Assembly (NCBI GenBank): GCA_943358175.1
Contig: CALRGV010000003.1
Coordinates: 34,941 to 98,940, forward strand
Reading direction: 5' to 3'
DNA length: 64,000 nt
Source of the DNA: Candidatus Peribacteria bacterium
Lineage (GTDB): Bacteria; Patescibacteriota; Gracilibacteria; UBA1369; LOWO2-01-FULL-3
Part shown: positions 1 to 9,061 of the stretch, piece after piece
How the letters are laid out: every line of letters starts with the position of its first letter
Position numbering within the stretch: the first letter of the stretch is position 1
Program-made: the position numbers and the translations under genes
The notes under the pieces: generated by a model
The model's database searches: none
Seen by the model: the letters and a program-made list of their open reading frames with translations, nothing else
What the model was told of the DNA's origin: nothing

Positions 1-1
1 T

Positions 2-1885
2 TTTAGCGGTTATCCCTTTGCCGGAGATATTGAGTCAGGAATGTTTTATCCTGTGAACTGGATTTTTGCCTGGATTTTTGGTGCGATGAAATTTTCGCAA
101 TTGGGTTATTATTTTATTTTTCATTTCTTCCTGGGAGGAGTTCTGGCTTATGGGCTTTGTTATAAATTAACCAAGAATGTTTGCGCGGCTTTGATTGGAG
201 GAGTGGTTTTTGCTTATTCAGGATATGCGTTGGGACATATTTCTCATTTGGGCCAGATGGCAATGTATATGTGGATACCAGGCGTTTTTTGGGGATACAT
301 GAGAGCTTTAGAGAAAGGTGCAGCTACTCTAAGGGTTGGGTTTTCGGTTTTGCTCGCCGGTTTAGTTTTTGCCTTGGCTCTTTCCGTGGGTCATGCGAAT
401 ACTACGATTTATCTTTTGCTCGGGCTGATGATTTTCACTCTTTATAAAATGTTTGCAAATGGAGAATGGCGAGCGGATTGGTGGAGAACCGGACTTAAAT
501 CTTTAGTGGCCACCGTATTTGCAATGTGTCTTATGGCTGTTTTAATTTTTCCGGTTGCTGAATTAACAGCCAGATCAAATCGTGTTGAGCTTACCTATGA
601 GCAACAGTCCAAGGGGTGGTCGCTTAATCCTTTGAATCTTTTGGGGTTGGTTAATCCCAATCATAATCATGTTTTGAGTGAAAAGCCTATGGAGGATTTT
701 AATGGTTCGGTGGATATTACGCAGAATTATTTCTATATTGGTTTATTAGCTCTTTTGTTAATAATTTTTGGATTGTTTTCGAGAAATAAATATAAATGGT
801 ATTTTGTTTTTTTCGGCCTGTTGGCGCTTTTTGCGGCTTTTGGCAAATATTCTCCGGTAAATTTTTTGTTGTTTGAGTTTTTTCCGGGATTTAATAAAGT
901 GAGGATGGCGGTGCAGATTATGGCGGTTTGTTTTTTTGTGGGCAGTGTGTTGACAGCGCTGGGTGTAGCGGAAATTTCCTCATGGATTAAATCTACGAAG
1001 GTTAGAACATTTTGGCCCGCTCTCGCGGTAATTGCTATTTTCGTAGTAGTTTTCGATATTTTTTATCATGGTTTTGACAAAAGGTTTTATTCTGAAAAAA
1101 TTGGTCCGGAAAAAGTTTTTGATACGGTTGAGGAGGAGGCTTTTATTGAAAAACTCAAGGTAGATGAACCATTTCGCGTCGCCGATGAAGTTAATAATCT
1201 TTCCGCAAATAAATACGAATATTATGGACTTGATAACGTGTGGGGAAATGGCGGTATAAAAATAAAAAAATATAATGATCTTTTTGTCCGGCTGGATAGG
1301 ATGCACTGGGTGCCTATTTCAGATAGGTTGTACGATTTTTTGAATGTTAGGACTGTTTTGAGCGATAGGAAGTTTGAGGCTGAAGATTTTAGTGGGAGCA
1401 ATCAACGGGCTTATTTTGTTGAGGATTTTGTTGTGGAAAAAGATGAGGGTAAACAGCTCGAGTTGCTCAAAAATAATAAGATCGATTTAAAAAAACAGGT
1501 TATTTTGAGTGGAGAACCCGCTGTGTATTTGGGAGAGAGGGTTTTGGGTGGCTATGACTTTGAGTCACCGGAATATGTGAAGTTTTTGGCTAAGGAATCG
1601 GAGTATTTGAAATTGGAAACTTTTTCAACGAAAGATAAAATTCTTGTTTTGAGTGAAGTCGATTATCCTGGTTGGAATTTATATGTGGACGGTAAGGTGG
1701 AAAAATATATAACGGCAAATTATACCTTTAGGGCTGTGCCTCTTCGCGGTGGTAAACATGTGGTGGAGTTTAAATATCAGCCGGAGAGTGTGCGGATTGG
1801 CGCTTGGATTAGCGTTTCTGCTTTATGCTTGTTTATAATAGTTGGCGTCTGGAATTTTATTAAAAATAAGCGTAAAAATGACTAA
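2..1885 (+). CDS. YfhO-like polytopic membrane protein (putative GT-C type glycosyltransferase); 5' end cut by window edge
   Basis: The frame is open from base 2, upstream of the listed ATG at 41. There are multiple hydrophobic segments. The C-terminal soluble part carries DYPGWNLYVDG...GGKHVVEFKYQP, as in YfhO-family proteins. The stop overlaps the next start (ATGACTAA at 1878-1885). Confidence 0.55.
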   Translation, partial: FSGYPFAGDIESGMFYPVNWIFAWIFGAMKFSQLGYYFIFHFFLGGVLAYGLCYKLTKNVCAALIGGVVFAYSGYALGHISHLGQMAMYMWIPGVFWGYMRALEKGAATLRVGFSVLLAGLVFALALSVGHANTTIYLLLGLMIFTLYKMFANGEWRADWWRTGLKSLVATVFAMCLMAVLIFPVAELTARSNRVELTYEQQSKGWSLNPLNLLGLVNPNHNHVLSEKPMEDFNGSVDITQNYFYIGLLALLLIIFGLFSRNKYKWYFVFFGLLALFAAFGKYSPVNFLLFEFFPGFNKVRMAVQIMAVCFFVGSVLTALGVAEISSWIKSTKVRTFWPALAVIAIFVVVFDIFYHGFDKRFYSEKIGPEKVFDTVEEEAFIEKLKVDEPFRVADEVNNLSANKYEYYGLDNVWGNGGIKIKKYNDLFVRLDRMHWVPISDRLYDFLNVRTVLSDRKFEAEDFSGSNQRAYFVEDFVVEKDEGKQLELLKNNKIDLKKQVILSGEPAVYLGERVLGGYDFESPEYVKFLAKESEYLKLETFSTKDKILVLSEVDYPGWNLYVDGKVEKYITANYTFRAVPLRGGKHVVEFKYQPESVRIGAWISVSALCLFIIVGVWNFIKNKRKND

Positions 1886-2840
1886 AATTTTGGTGACAGG
1901 TGGAGCGGGTTATATCGGGTCGGTTGTCGTAGATATGCTGGTAAGTAATGATATTGGTGAGGTTTTTATTGTGGATAATTTGTCTACCGGTCACAAGGAA
2001 GCTGTTAATAAAAAAGCGAAGTTTTTTGAAGCTGATTTGACGGATTCGGAAGCGTTGAAGATCATTTTCAATGAAGTGAAGCCGGAAATAGTGATGCATT
2101 TTGCCGGACTTAGTCAGGTGGGAGAGTCAAATAAAGAGCCGGAAAAATATCATAGAAATAATGTTTTTGGTGGAGAATGTTTGCTGAAGGCGATGGTGGC
2201 GAATGGTTGTAAAAAAATTGTTTTTTCTTCTTCGGCAGCGGTATATGGTGAGCCAATGGAAATTCCAATTTCGGAAATGCATGCGCTGAAGCCGATCTCG
2301 GTTTATGGGGAGACGAAGGTTTTGTTTGAGGAAATGCTGGATAATTTTGATAGTGTTCACGGATTGAAATCTATTTGTTTGCGCTATTTTAACGCCGGAG
2401 GTTCTTCGGAGAATGGGCAATTTGGTGAAATGCATGAGCCGGAAAGTCACTTGATTCCAAATGTTTTGAAGGCGGCGAAAAACGGTTCGGAGTTTAAACT
2501 ATTTGGCGATAATTATGAGACTAAAGATGGGACTTGTGTGCGCGATTATATTCATGTAGTAGATTTGGCTAAAGCACACCTTTTGGCAGCAAAATATTTG
2601 TTGAGTGGTGGTCAGTCGGATACTATAAACTTGGGTACTGGAAAGGGTTTTTCTGTGAAAGAAATTGTAGAAATTTGCAAAGATGTTACAGGGAAAAATT
2701 TTAATATAAAAATTGAAGATAGGCGCGCGGGTGATCCGGCAGTTTTAGTTGCCAGCAATGAAAAAGCGGGGAAATTATTTCAATGGAAGCCTGAAAAGTC
2801 GATTAAAGAGATTGTGGAGAGCGCGTGGGGGATGGGGTGA
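1878..2840 (+). CDS. galE: UDP-glucose 4-epimerase
   Basis: MTKILVTGGAGYIGS Rossmann N-terminus, SSSAAVYG, YGETK (YxxxK), CLRYFNAGG and VRDYIHVVDLA. I prefer the ATG at 1878 over the longer listed ORF start at 1842. Confidence 0.85.
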   Translation: MTKILVTGGAGYIGSVVVDMLVSNDIGEVFIVDNLSTGHKEAVNKKAKFFEADLTDSEALKIIFNEVKPEIVMHFAGLSQVGESNKEPEKYHRNNVFGGECLLKAMVANGCKKIVFSSSAAVYGEPMEIPISEMHALKPISVYGETKVLFEEMLDNFDSVHGLKSICLRYFNAGGSSENGQFGEMHEPESHLIPNVLKAAKNGSEFKLFGDNYETKDGTCVRDYIHVVDLAKAHLLAAKYLLSGGQSDTINLGTGKGFSVKEIVEICKDVTGKNFNIKIEDRRAGDPAVLVASNEKAGKLFQWKPEKSIKEIVESAWGMG

Positions 2841-2855
2841 ATGTGTCCTACCGTT

Positions 2856-4748
2856 TTATTTTTTTCTGCAAATAAAAATAAGGATTACAGCGGCGAGACT
2901 TATTAATGAAACTATCGCTCCGGAGAAGAATGTTTTTGGTTTGAATGTAATTTTAATTTTCGTGCTTTGCGGAATTTTGTAGGACTGAATTAAATCATCG
3001 TAAATTTCTGCCTGAATTATTTTTGAGTTTGAAGATTTGGCTTCCCAGCCGGGATAATAACTTTGGTTTAAAATCAGTTTGTCCGGACCGGTCATGGTTG
3101 TTTTTAAAATAATTTCTCCCGGAGAGAATTTTTCTACCGTGACTTTGTTTTCGGGGTTTTCAAATTTTGCAAAAGGTGCGGGATGCGGATTTTCCCAGAT
3201 GGTGAAATCATCGCCTTCTGTAACCACCGGCTTCCATTGTTTTTGTTTGAGAAAATTTGTGACGGAAATTTTTGAGCTATTTGTTGGGAAGATATAATAT
3301 TTTAGACCGAATTTCACAAAGTTTTCGTAATAATCCGGAAAGTAATTTGAATTTAAAAAACCTCCATATCCGGCTACCGGAATTTTGTTGTAATAATTTT
3401 TTAAAAGCAGAGGATTATAGCCAATAATGTTTGCGGTTAGAGAAAGATAGTTACGATTGGGGAAGAGAAAGTTGCTACTGTTTAAAAAATATTGCGGCTC
3501 CGGAGTTGTTTTAAAAAGGTTTTTATTTTCAAATTGATACTGTTTGTAGGCATCTGTAATTTCGTGGCGTTCCAGAAAAACATTGGTAACAAAAATGGAA
3601 TTTATAATTATCGCAAGCGAGATGCAGTGGGCGAATTTGGAATAATTTTGGAATAAATAGGTCAAGAAAATTCCCAAGCAAATTGCGCTGCCAAAGTGAG
3701 AAATAATAATGAAGCGGGCTGAAACACGAGTAATGTTTAGGATCGGTACATTGAAAAGGATGTGCCTAATGGAGTCGATTCCTCCAAGAGCGCTTAGTGT
3801 TAGACCGAATAAGCTTAATGCTAATCCAATCAAATAAAGTTTTTTGAATTTTCCGGGAAATTTTTTGAAAAGGAAAAAACTTATTATAAAAACAATAAAA
3901 GCAATTGTGCCGAAGTGCACATATTTATCAATGCCGTTTTCAAATTGGTCTTTAAAGGGACTAAGGAAATTTAGGAGATTTTTCAGGTGCAGCGAGCCGT
4001 TTGCAAAATCCAGGAAGGATAATTCGTCTCTAACGGAAAGATTTTTTAGTTGCCAAAATGGGACGAGCTGAATGGCGCTTAGCAGTAAGCCGAGTATGAG
4101 TCCCGCTCCAACATAAAAAAGGTGACGCCATTTGCCGAAATTGTGGATTAAATTGAATATTGCAACAGCAAGAAGTACATACATAGCCGCTACCGGATGT
4201 CCGGCAAAGATCATTAGACAAGTGGCAATGGCGAGTTTTGGGATGATATTTTTTTTGCCAATAGAGATGAGTACCAGCCAAGGAAGATAGGAAAAGGTGG
4301 CCAACATATTCAGAAAAAAGAGTTTGCTAAGGAAACTGCCGGTGGTGCCAAGGATGATACTGGAAGTAGCGGCGGCTTTTTCGGAAATATCCAGTTTTTT
4401 GAATAACAGAAAAAATCCGATGGTCGCAAAGAGCAGGTGTAAAACTACCGAAATGTTGTGGGATTCAACCGGTGCAAAGATGGAAAATATCGCGATGTCC
4501 GGAAGATAAAAGGCCCCTACTTGGATGTCTGCCAGAAAAGGCAGGCCTATGAAGCTGTAAGGGTTCCAGAGTGGGGCGATGCCCTTTTGCAGGTAATGGG
4601 TGAGTAAAAATTTGTTTGTTATAGTTTGGCCTACGGGATCGCCGAAGTCGCCGATGAAACCGCCGTTGAGAAAAAACGGGGCATAGGCTGCTAAAATTAT
4701 AAGAGTTATTATGAGGAGGTAGCGATGTTTTTTTAAGAGATTTAGCAA
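2856..4748 (-). CDS. YfhO-like polytopic membrane protein (second copy, putative GT-C glycosyltransferase)
   Basis: 630 aa with many hydrophobic helices and N-terminal ...LWNPYSFIGLPFLADIQVGAFYLP. The C-terminal YYPGWEAKSSNSK...ITFKPK matches the tail pattern of the gene at 2-1885. Confidence 0.55.
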   Translation of the reverse strand: MLNLLKKHRYLLIITLIILAAYAPFFLNGGFIGDFGDPVGQTITNKFLLTHYLQKGIAPLWNPYSFIGLPFLADIQVGAFYLPDIAIFSIFAPVESHNISVVLHLLFATIGFFLLFKKLDISEKAAATSSIILGTTGSFLSKLFFLNMLATFSYLPWLVLISIGKKNIIPKLAIATCLMIFAGHPVAAMYVLLAVAIFNLIHNFGKWRHLFYVGAGLILGLLLSAIQLVPFWQLKNLSVRDELSFLDFANGSLHLKNLLNFLSPFKDQFENGIDKYVHFGTIAFIVFIISFFLFKKFPGKFKKLYLIGLALSLFGLTLSALGGIDSIRHILFNVPILNITRVSARFIIISHFGSAICLGIFLTYLFQNYSKFAHCISLAIIINSIFVTNVFLERHEITDAYKQYQFENKNLFKTTPEPQYFLNSSNFLFPNRNYLSLTANIIGYNPLLLKNYYNKIPVAGYGGFLNSNYFPDYYENFVKFGLKYYIFPTNSSKISVTNFLKQKQWKPVVTEGDDFTIWENPHPAPFAKFENPENKVTVEKFSPGEIILKTTMTGPDKLILNQSYYPGWEAKSSNSKIIQAEIYDDLIQSYKIPQSTKIKITFKPKTFFSGAIVSLISLAAVILIFICRKK

Positions 4749-4868
4749 ATTGGAATGATTATTTTCGCAGGCTTATTGTAGCAGTGAGGAGAAAAGTTTT
4801 GAAGCGTGGAGCTATATCAGGGCGTTAATTTTCGTAAATATCGTATAAATTATTCGATGTATGCGTTT

Positions 4869-5120
4869 TTAGATTACTCCATATTTTTTCATTATCTCTT
4901 CTTGAGTGTAGACCTCGCCTCTTTTTACTTGTTCTCTTGCTTCAGCGATGTCAGCTGCCAGTTTTTCCAGTGCGACAGTTTTTTTATCTATAGGTGTGAC
5001 TTCTAGAATTGGTTGGGCGTGGTACATGACTATATATTTAATTTTTTTCTTTTGAGCGGTTTTCCAGATTGAGGTGATGTTTTGGCGAAATTCTTTGATT
5101 CCGATGGTTTTGATGGTCAT
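4869..5120 (-). CDS. Phd/YefM-like antitoxin-type small protein
   Basis: 83 aa. The N-terminus TIGIKEFRQNITSIWKTAQKKKIKYIVMYHAQPILEVTPID has the Phd/YefM beta-alpha pattern (K.fr.n....l......v.i......p.avl). Confidence 0.5.
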   Translation of the reverse strand: MTIKTIGIKEFRQNITSIWKTAQKKKIKYIVMYHAQPILEVTPIDKKTVALEKLAADIAEAREQVKRGEVYTQEEIMKKYGVI

Positions 5121-5172
5121 CTTGCGGATTGATTAAAGTGTAACTAAAGTGTACACTTTCTTGTGCTTACCG

Positions 5173-5514
5173 TCAATTGGTCAACTTGGTGAATATTTCT
5201 TCGGTTGTTTTGTTGAAATGGAATTCCAATTCTTTTTGGCTTAGGCTTTCCTGATCGCTTTTGAAATAAATGTAGACTGGAGCTAGAAGATTTCTTTTGC
5301 GGTATAAATAAATATAACTTCGTAGTCCGCCCGATTTTCCTTTGTTCAGATCGCTGCTTTTTATTCTTATTTTATAAATAGATTTTCCTACGTGGATTTC
5401 ATTTTCCGGATTGAAAGTATTTGTTTTTTGTAGAAGATCTTTTTTGATATGAGGAAATTTATTTTGAAATTTTTTTATTTGTTTTTTGAAATGATTTGAG
5501 AAAAATATTTGCAT
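5173..5514 (-). CDS. RelE/HigB-like addiction-module toxin (GKSGGxR type)
   Basis: 113 aa with F..KQIKKF near the N-terminus. GKSGGLRSYIYLY...YIYFKSDQESLSQKEL resembles the GK.GG.RvIy...iy.K.e.enls motif of RelE-like toxins. Confidence 0.55.
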   Translation of the reverse strand: MQIFFSNHFKKQIKKFQNKFPHIKKDLLQKTNTFNPENEIHVGKSIYKIRIKSSDLNKGKSGGLRSYIYLYRKRNLLAPVYIYFKSDQESLSQKELEFHFNKTTEEIFTKLTN

Positions 5515-5515
5515 T

Positions 5516-5746
5516 TTAAATGTCTTTTAGTTGTTCTTCTGCGGATGGTAGTTTGGAAAGATCTATCAAGTCTAAAGCTTTATCGAGCATGGCAATGGAG
5601 ACATCCAGGCTGGATCTCTTGGTCAGAAAATAGTATTTTATAAGATAAATTATAGTTGCAGTTTGTGTTCCCAATCCTTCTTCTGAGCGGATGAGGTCTA
5701 ATTCGTCTTTGATTTTGTCGTCGACTTTTAGCATGATAGATTTCAT
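5516..5746 (-). CDS. small putative ribbon-helix-helix antitoxin/regulator
   Basis: 76 aa. The N-terminal IMLKVDDKIKDELDLI is RHH-like. Its stop lies 1 nt before the toxin start (5516/5514), and a palindromic operator lies just upstream. Confidence 0.35.
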   Translation of the reverse strand: MKSIMLKVDDKIKDELDLIRSEEGLGTQTATIIYLIKYYFLTKRSSLDVSIAMLDKALDLIDLSKLPSAEEQLKDI

Positions 5747-5757
5747 AAATGATAGTG

Positions 5758-5793
5758 GTTAGTATATAATTTTTATATAAATATTATATACTA
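5758..5793. promoter_or_regulatory. perfect 12-bp inverted repeat (candidate operator of the toxin-antitoxin operon)
   Basis: ttagtatataat (5758-5769) and attatatactaa (5782-5793) are exact reverse complements with a 12-nt spacer. They are flanked by direct repeats aatgatagt at 5747-5755 and 5792-5800. The element sits 12 nt upstream of the start at 5746. Confidence 0.5.
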
Positions 5794-6014
5794 ATGATAG
5801 TTTTGTCGTCAATTGACCTATCTGTATCTAGTAAATCATGCAAAGTTAAAATAATTCTAAATTCGGTGCGGATGCGCTTGACTTGCGTGGGTGAGTAATG
5901 GTGTAGAATATATTTGTAATCTTATAAAATAACAAAAATGTCCTATATCCGGAATAAATTGCCGTCCTGGGGAGTGAGTTTAATGGGCGGAAAAGATTTA
6001 ATGGCTTTGCAAAT

Positions 6015-6047
6015 AATAAAAAAGACCCGCTTGCGCGAGTCTTTTTT
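6015..6047 (-). terminator. bidirectional rho-independent terminator downstream of HU gene
   Basis: Stem agacccgc (6023-6030) / gcgagtct (6035-6042) with one mismatch and loop ttgc. An A-run lies on one side and a T-run on the other. A second short hairpin, cccggc-tagg-gccggg (6063-6078), directly abuts the hup stop. Confidence 0.55.
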
Positions 6048-6080
6048 AAATTTAAACCAATGCCCCGGCTAGGGCCGGGC

Positions 6081-6356
6081 TTATCTTACAGCGTCCTTCA
6101 AAGATTTACCTGCCTTGAAAGCTGGAAGCTTCATAGCTGGTATCTTGATTTTCTGAGATGGGTTGCGTGGGTTAACACCTGTACGAGCAGCTCTCTTTGA
6201 TACACGGAAAGTACCGAAACCAGTGATAGTAACGTTCTGACCACCCTTAAGGCTCTTTGTGATCATAGTAAGAACTGAATCGAGAACTTCGCTAGCGGCT
6301 TTTTTAGTTACGCCGGCAGCTTGTGCAGCACCTGCTACTAGGTCTTGCTTAGTCAT
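6081..6356 (-). CDS. hup: DNA-binding protein HU
   Basis: 91 aa: MTKQDLV...GFGTFRVSKRAARTGVNPRNPSQKIKIPAMKLPAFKAGKSLKDAV, the canonical HU/IHF arm sequence. Confidence 0.9.
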   Translation of the reverse strand: MTKQDLVAGAAQAAGVTKKAASEVLDSVLTMITKSLKGGQNVTITGFGTFRVSKRAARTGVNPRNPSQKIKIPAMKLPAFKAGKSLKDAVR

Positions 6357-6388
6357 GTGTGTGTGGGTTAGGTAAATAAAACATTCGT

Positions 6389-6416
6389 ATTATATGGGCT
6401 TAGAGCTTGGAAGCAA
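6389..6416 (-). promoter_or_regulatory. candidate sigma70-type promoter for hup
   Basis: On the minus strand: TTGCTT (6416-6411), 16-nt spacer, TATAAT (6394-6389), 33 nt upstream of the ATG. Confidence 0.4.
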
Positions 6417-6630
6417 GCTGATTTTTTCAGGAAAGGGCTTTTTTCAGCGGATAAATGGGTGCCGGTTTTGGCGAAATCCAGGTTTACGGCTTAGGGCTGC
6501 GGAGAAATTTTCGTTGCAAATCCGGGCGAGTTATTTCCGTGTGTATAAGCCATTTTTTACTTAATGGGTTGACGCGCGAGGTTAATTATTATAAGAATGG
6601 AAAGTAAAATTGAGTTTTTAAAACAGAATT

Positions 6631-9033
6631 ATGTCAAAAAATTTAGTGATTGTAGAGTCCCCGGCAAAGGCAAAAACGATCTCAAGATTCTTGGGAAGCG
6701 ACTATAAAGTGTTGGCTTCGATGGGTCATGTAATGGATTTGCCTAAATCAAAAATGAGCATTGATGTGGAAAATGATTTTAAGCCGGACTATGTGGTTTC
6801 CGAGGAGAAGAAAAAAGTGGTACAGCAATTAAGAGATGAATTGAAAAAGGCGGAGGAACTTTGGATCGCAACTGATGAGGACCGTGAAGGAGAGGCTATT
6901 GGCTGGCATTTATTGGATGCGTTGAAAGTTAATACAAAAAAAACTCCCACCCATAGAATTGTATTTCATGAAATTACGGAGGGAGCGATCAAGGATTCCT
7001 TGAAACACCCTCGTGATATTAATCAGCATATAGTGGATGCGCAGCAGGCAAGGAGGGTTTTGGATAGATTGGTTGGTTACGAATTGTCTCCTCTGCTTTG
7101 GAAAAAGATTCGTTATGGGCTTTCCGCAGGACGTGTGCAGAGTGTGGCGGTGCGTTTGGTAGTGGATAGGGAGCGGGAAATTTTGGCTTTCAAACCAGAA
7201 GAATACTGGACCGTGATTGGAAATTTTGAAAAGAAAGATAAGTCTTTGAAGGACCATGAAAAAAACTTCCAAGCGGAATTACAGAAATTTCAGGATAAAA
7301 AATTGGAGATTGTGAATGGAGAACAGGCGGAAAAAGTCTTGAAGGATATTGATGGGGCTGATTATAAAGTAATTTCCGTGGAAGAAAAGGAGACGAAGCG
7401 ATCGCCGGCCGCACCGTTTATTACTTCCACTTTGCAACAAGAGGCTTCCCGCAAGATGGGTTTTGCTGTGAAGAAAACTATGATGGTGGCTCAGAGATTG
7501 TATGAAGGTATTGATACTGGATCGGGGCAGACAGGTATGATTACTTATATGAGAACAGATAGTGTAAATCTTTCTGATTTTGCTTTGAAAGCTGCAAAGG
7601 AAGTGATTACGAAGCTTTTCGGCCCGCAATACGCCTTGGATGAACCGCGCAAGTATAAGGGCAGAAAGAGTGCTCAGGAAGCGCATGAGGCGATTCGTCC
7701 GGTGGATTTGAGTATGACTCCGGATATGGCCGCTAAATTTTTGGACCATGATCAGTCCAGATTGTACGAATTAATCTGGAAAAGAACCGTGGCTTGTCAG
7801 ATGAAAGAGGCGATTTTGGCCAAAGTTGGAGCAGATATTAATGCGTTTAAAGGGGCATCGGATACGGGATATAGTTTCAGGGCAACCGGTCAGACCGTGG
7901 TATTTCCCGGTTTTATGGAGGTTTATATGGAGGGTCGTGATCATGAAGAGGAGGAAGCTCAGGATGGTGAGAAAATTTTGCCAAAATTGGTCGAGGGAGA
8001 AATGGTGGATTTGAAGGATTTGGTGAATACTCAGCATTTTACGAAGCCGCCGGCGAGATATACCGAAGCGTCTTTGGTGAAAAAATTGGAAAGCGAGGGT
8101 ATTGGTAGACCGAGTACATATGCTCCGACAATTACTACGATTATGACTCGCGGATATATTGAAAAAGATGGAAAGGCTTTGAAGCCGACAGATGTGGCAA
8201 TGGTGGTGACGGATATGTTGGTGGAAAATTTCCATGAAATTGTGGATTATAAATTTACGGCGGAAATGGAGGAAAAATTGGATACCATTGAGGAAGGGAA
8301 ATTGGAATGGGTGCCGATGATCAGGGCTTTTTATGAGCCATTTCATAAGAAAGTTGTAGAGAAGGATGAGACTTTGAAGAAAGGAGATATGATTAAGGAT
8401 GAGACAAGTGAGATGTGTGAAAAATGCGGTTCTAAAATGATGATAAAATTGGGACGATTTGGGAAGTTTTTGTCCTGTTCCAATTATCCGGAATGTAAGA
8501 ATGCCAAGCCCTTGGATGGGGCCAGTGGAGCACCCGGAGCGGCAAAAGTAATGACGCCGGAAGAAGAAAAAGCGGTGGAGGAACTGAAGGCTAAACATGC
8601 GGATACCAAGTGCGAAAAATGCGGCAAGCCAATGGAAATAAAGTCAGGCAGATTTGGCCCTTTCTTGGGTTGTAGCGGTTATCCGGATTGTAAAACTATC
8701 GTGTCCATAGTGGTGTCTTCAGGAGTGAAATGTCCAAAATGTGGAGAAGGTGATTTGGTTGAACGTCATACTAAAAGGGGCGGCAAAATTTTCTGGGGCT
8801 GTAATAAATTTCCAAAATGTAAGCTGGCTACGTGGAATAAACCGGTGGATAAATGTGTGAAATGTGGAGGACTTCGAGTGGAGGATAAAAAATCAGGCGA
8901 AGTGAAGTGCATGGATTGTGAAATGGAGAAAAGGCCGGAGTATAAGGCGAAAGTGGTCGCGCCAAAAGGGAAGGCGAAAGCAAAGCCTGCAGCTCGCGCA
9001 AAGAAGGCGAAGAAGGAAGAAAAGAGTGAGTAA
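6631..9033 (+). CDS. topA: DNA topoisomerase I with multiple C-terminal zinc ribbons and Lys-rich tail
   Basis: LVIVESPAKAKTISRFLG Toprim start, ATDEDREGEAI and ITYMRTDS (active-site Tyr region). There are four CxxC...CxxC modules (CEKCGS.., CEKCGK.., CPKCGE.., CVKCGG..) and a KAKAKPAARAKKAKKEEK tail. Confidence 0.95.
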   Translation: MSKNLVIVESPAKAKTISRFLGSDYKVLASMGHVMDLPKSKMSIDVENDFKPDYVVSEEKKKVVQQLRDELKKAEELWIATDEDREGEAIGWHLLDALKVNTKKTPTHRIVFHEITEGAIKDSLKHPRDINQHIVDAQQARRVLDRLVGYELSPLLWKKIRYGLSAGRVQSVAVRLVVDREREILAFKPEEYWTVIGNFEKKDKSLKDHEKNFQAELQKFQDKKLEIVNGEQAEKVLKDIDGADYKVISVEEKETKRSPAAPFITSTLQQEASRKMGFAVKKTMMVAQRLYEGIDTGSGQTGMITYMRTDSVNLSDFALKAAKEVITKLFGPQYALDEPRKYKGRKSAQEAHEAIRPVDLSMTPDMAAKFLDHDQSRLYELIWKRTVACQMKEAILAKVGADINAFKGASDTGYSFRATGQTVVFPGFMEVYMEGRDHEEEEAQDGEKILPKLVEGEMVDLKDLVNTQHFTKPPARYTEASLVKKLESEGIGRPSTYAPTITTIMTRGYIEKDGKALKPTDVAMVVTDMLVENFHEIVDYKFTAEMEEKLDTIEEGKLEWVPMIRAFYEPFHKKVVEKDETLKKGDMIKDETSEMCEKCGSKMMIKLGRFGKFLSCSNYPECKNAKPLDGASGAPGAAKVMTPEEEKAVEELKAKHADTKCEKCGKPMEIKSGRFGPFLGCSGYPDCKTIVSIVVSSGVKCPKCGEGDLVERHTKRGGKIFWGCNKFPKCKLATWNKPVDKCVKCGGLRVEDKKSGEVKCMDCEMEKRPEYKAKVVAPKGKAKAKPAARAKKAKKEEKSE

Positions 9034-9061
9034 TAACGGATGAGGTGTCAGCGGGATGGAT

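Noticed and set aside
5938-6072. 44-aa ORF or possible small RNA between the TA operon and hup, downstream of a TGTAGAAT extended -10-like box near 5907
   Set aside because: The -35 spacing is poor and there is no coding signature. The terminator is equally explained by hup on the other strand. Not supportable without expression data.
7771-8598. 275-aa ORF antisense to topA, together with 7279-7749 and 6910-7272
   Set aside because: These are shadow ORFs inside a gene with unambiguous topoisomerase I motifs. Their sequences are low-complexity His/Arg/Phe-rich with no motifs.
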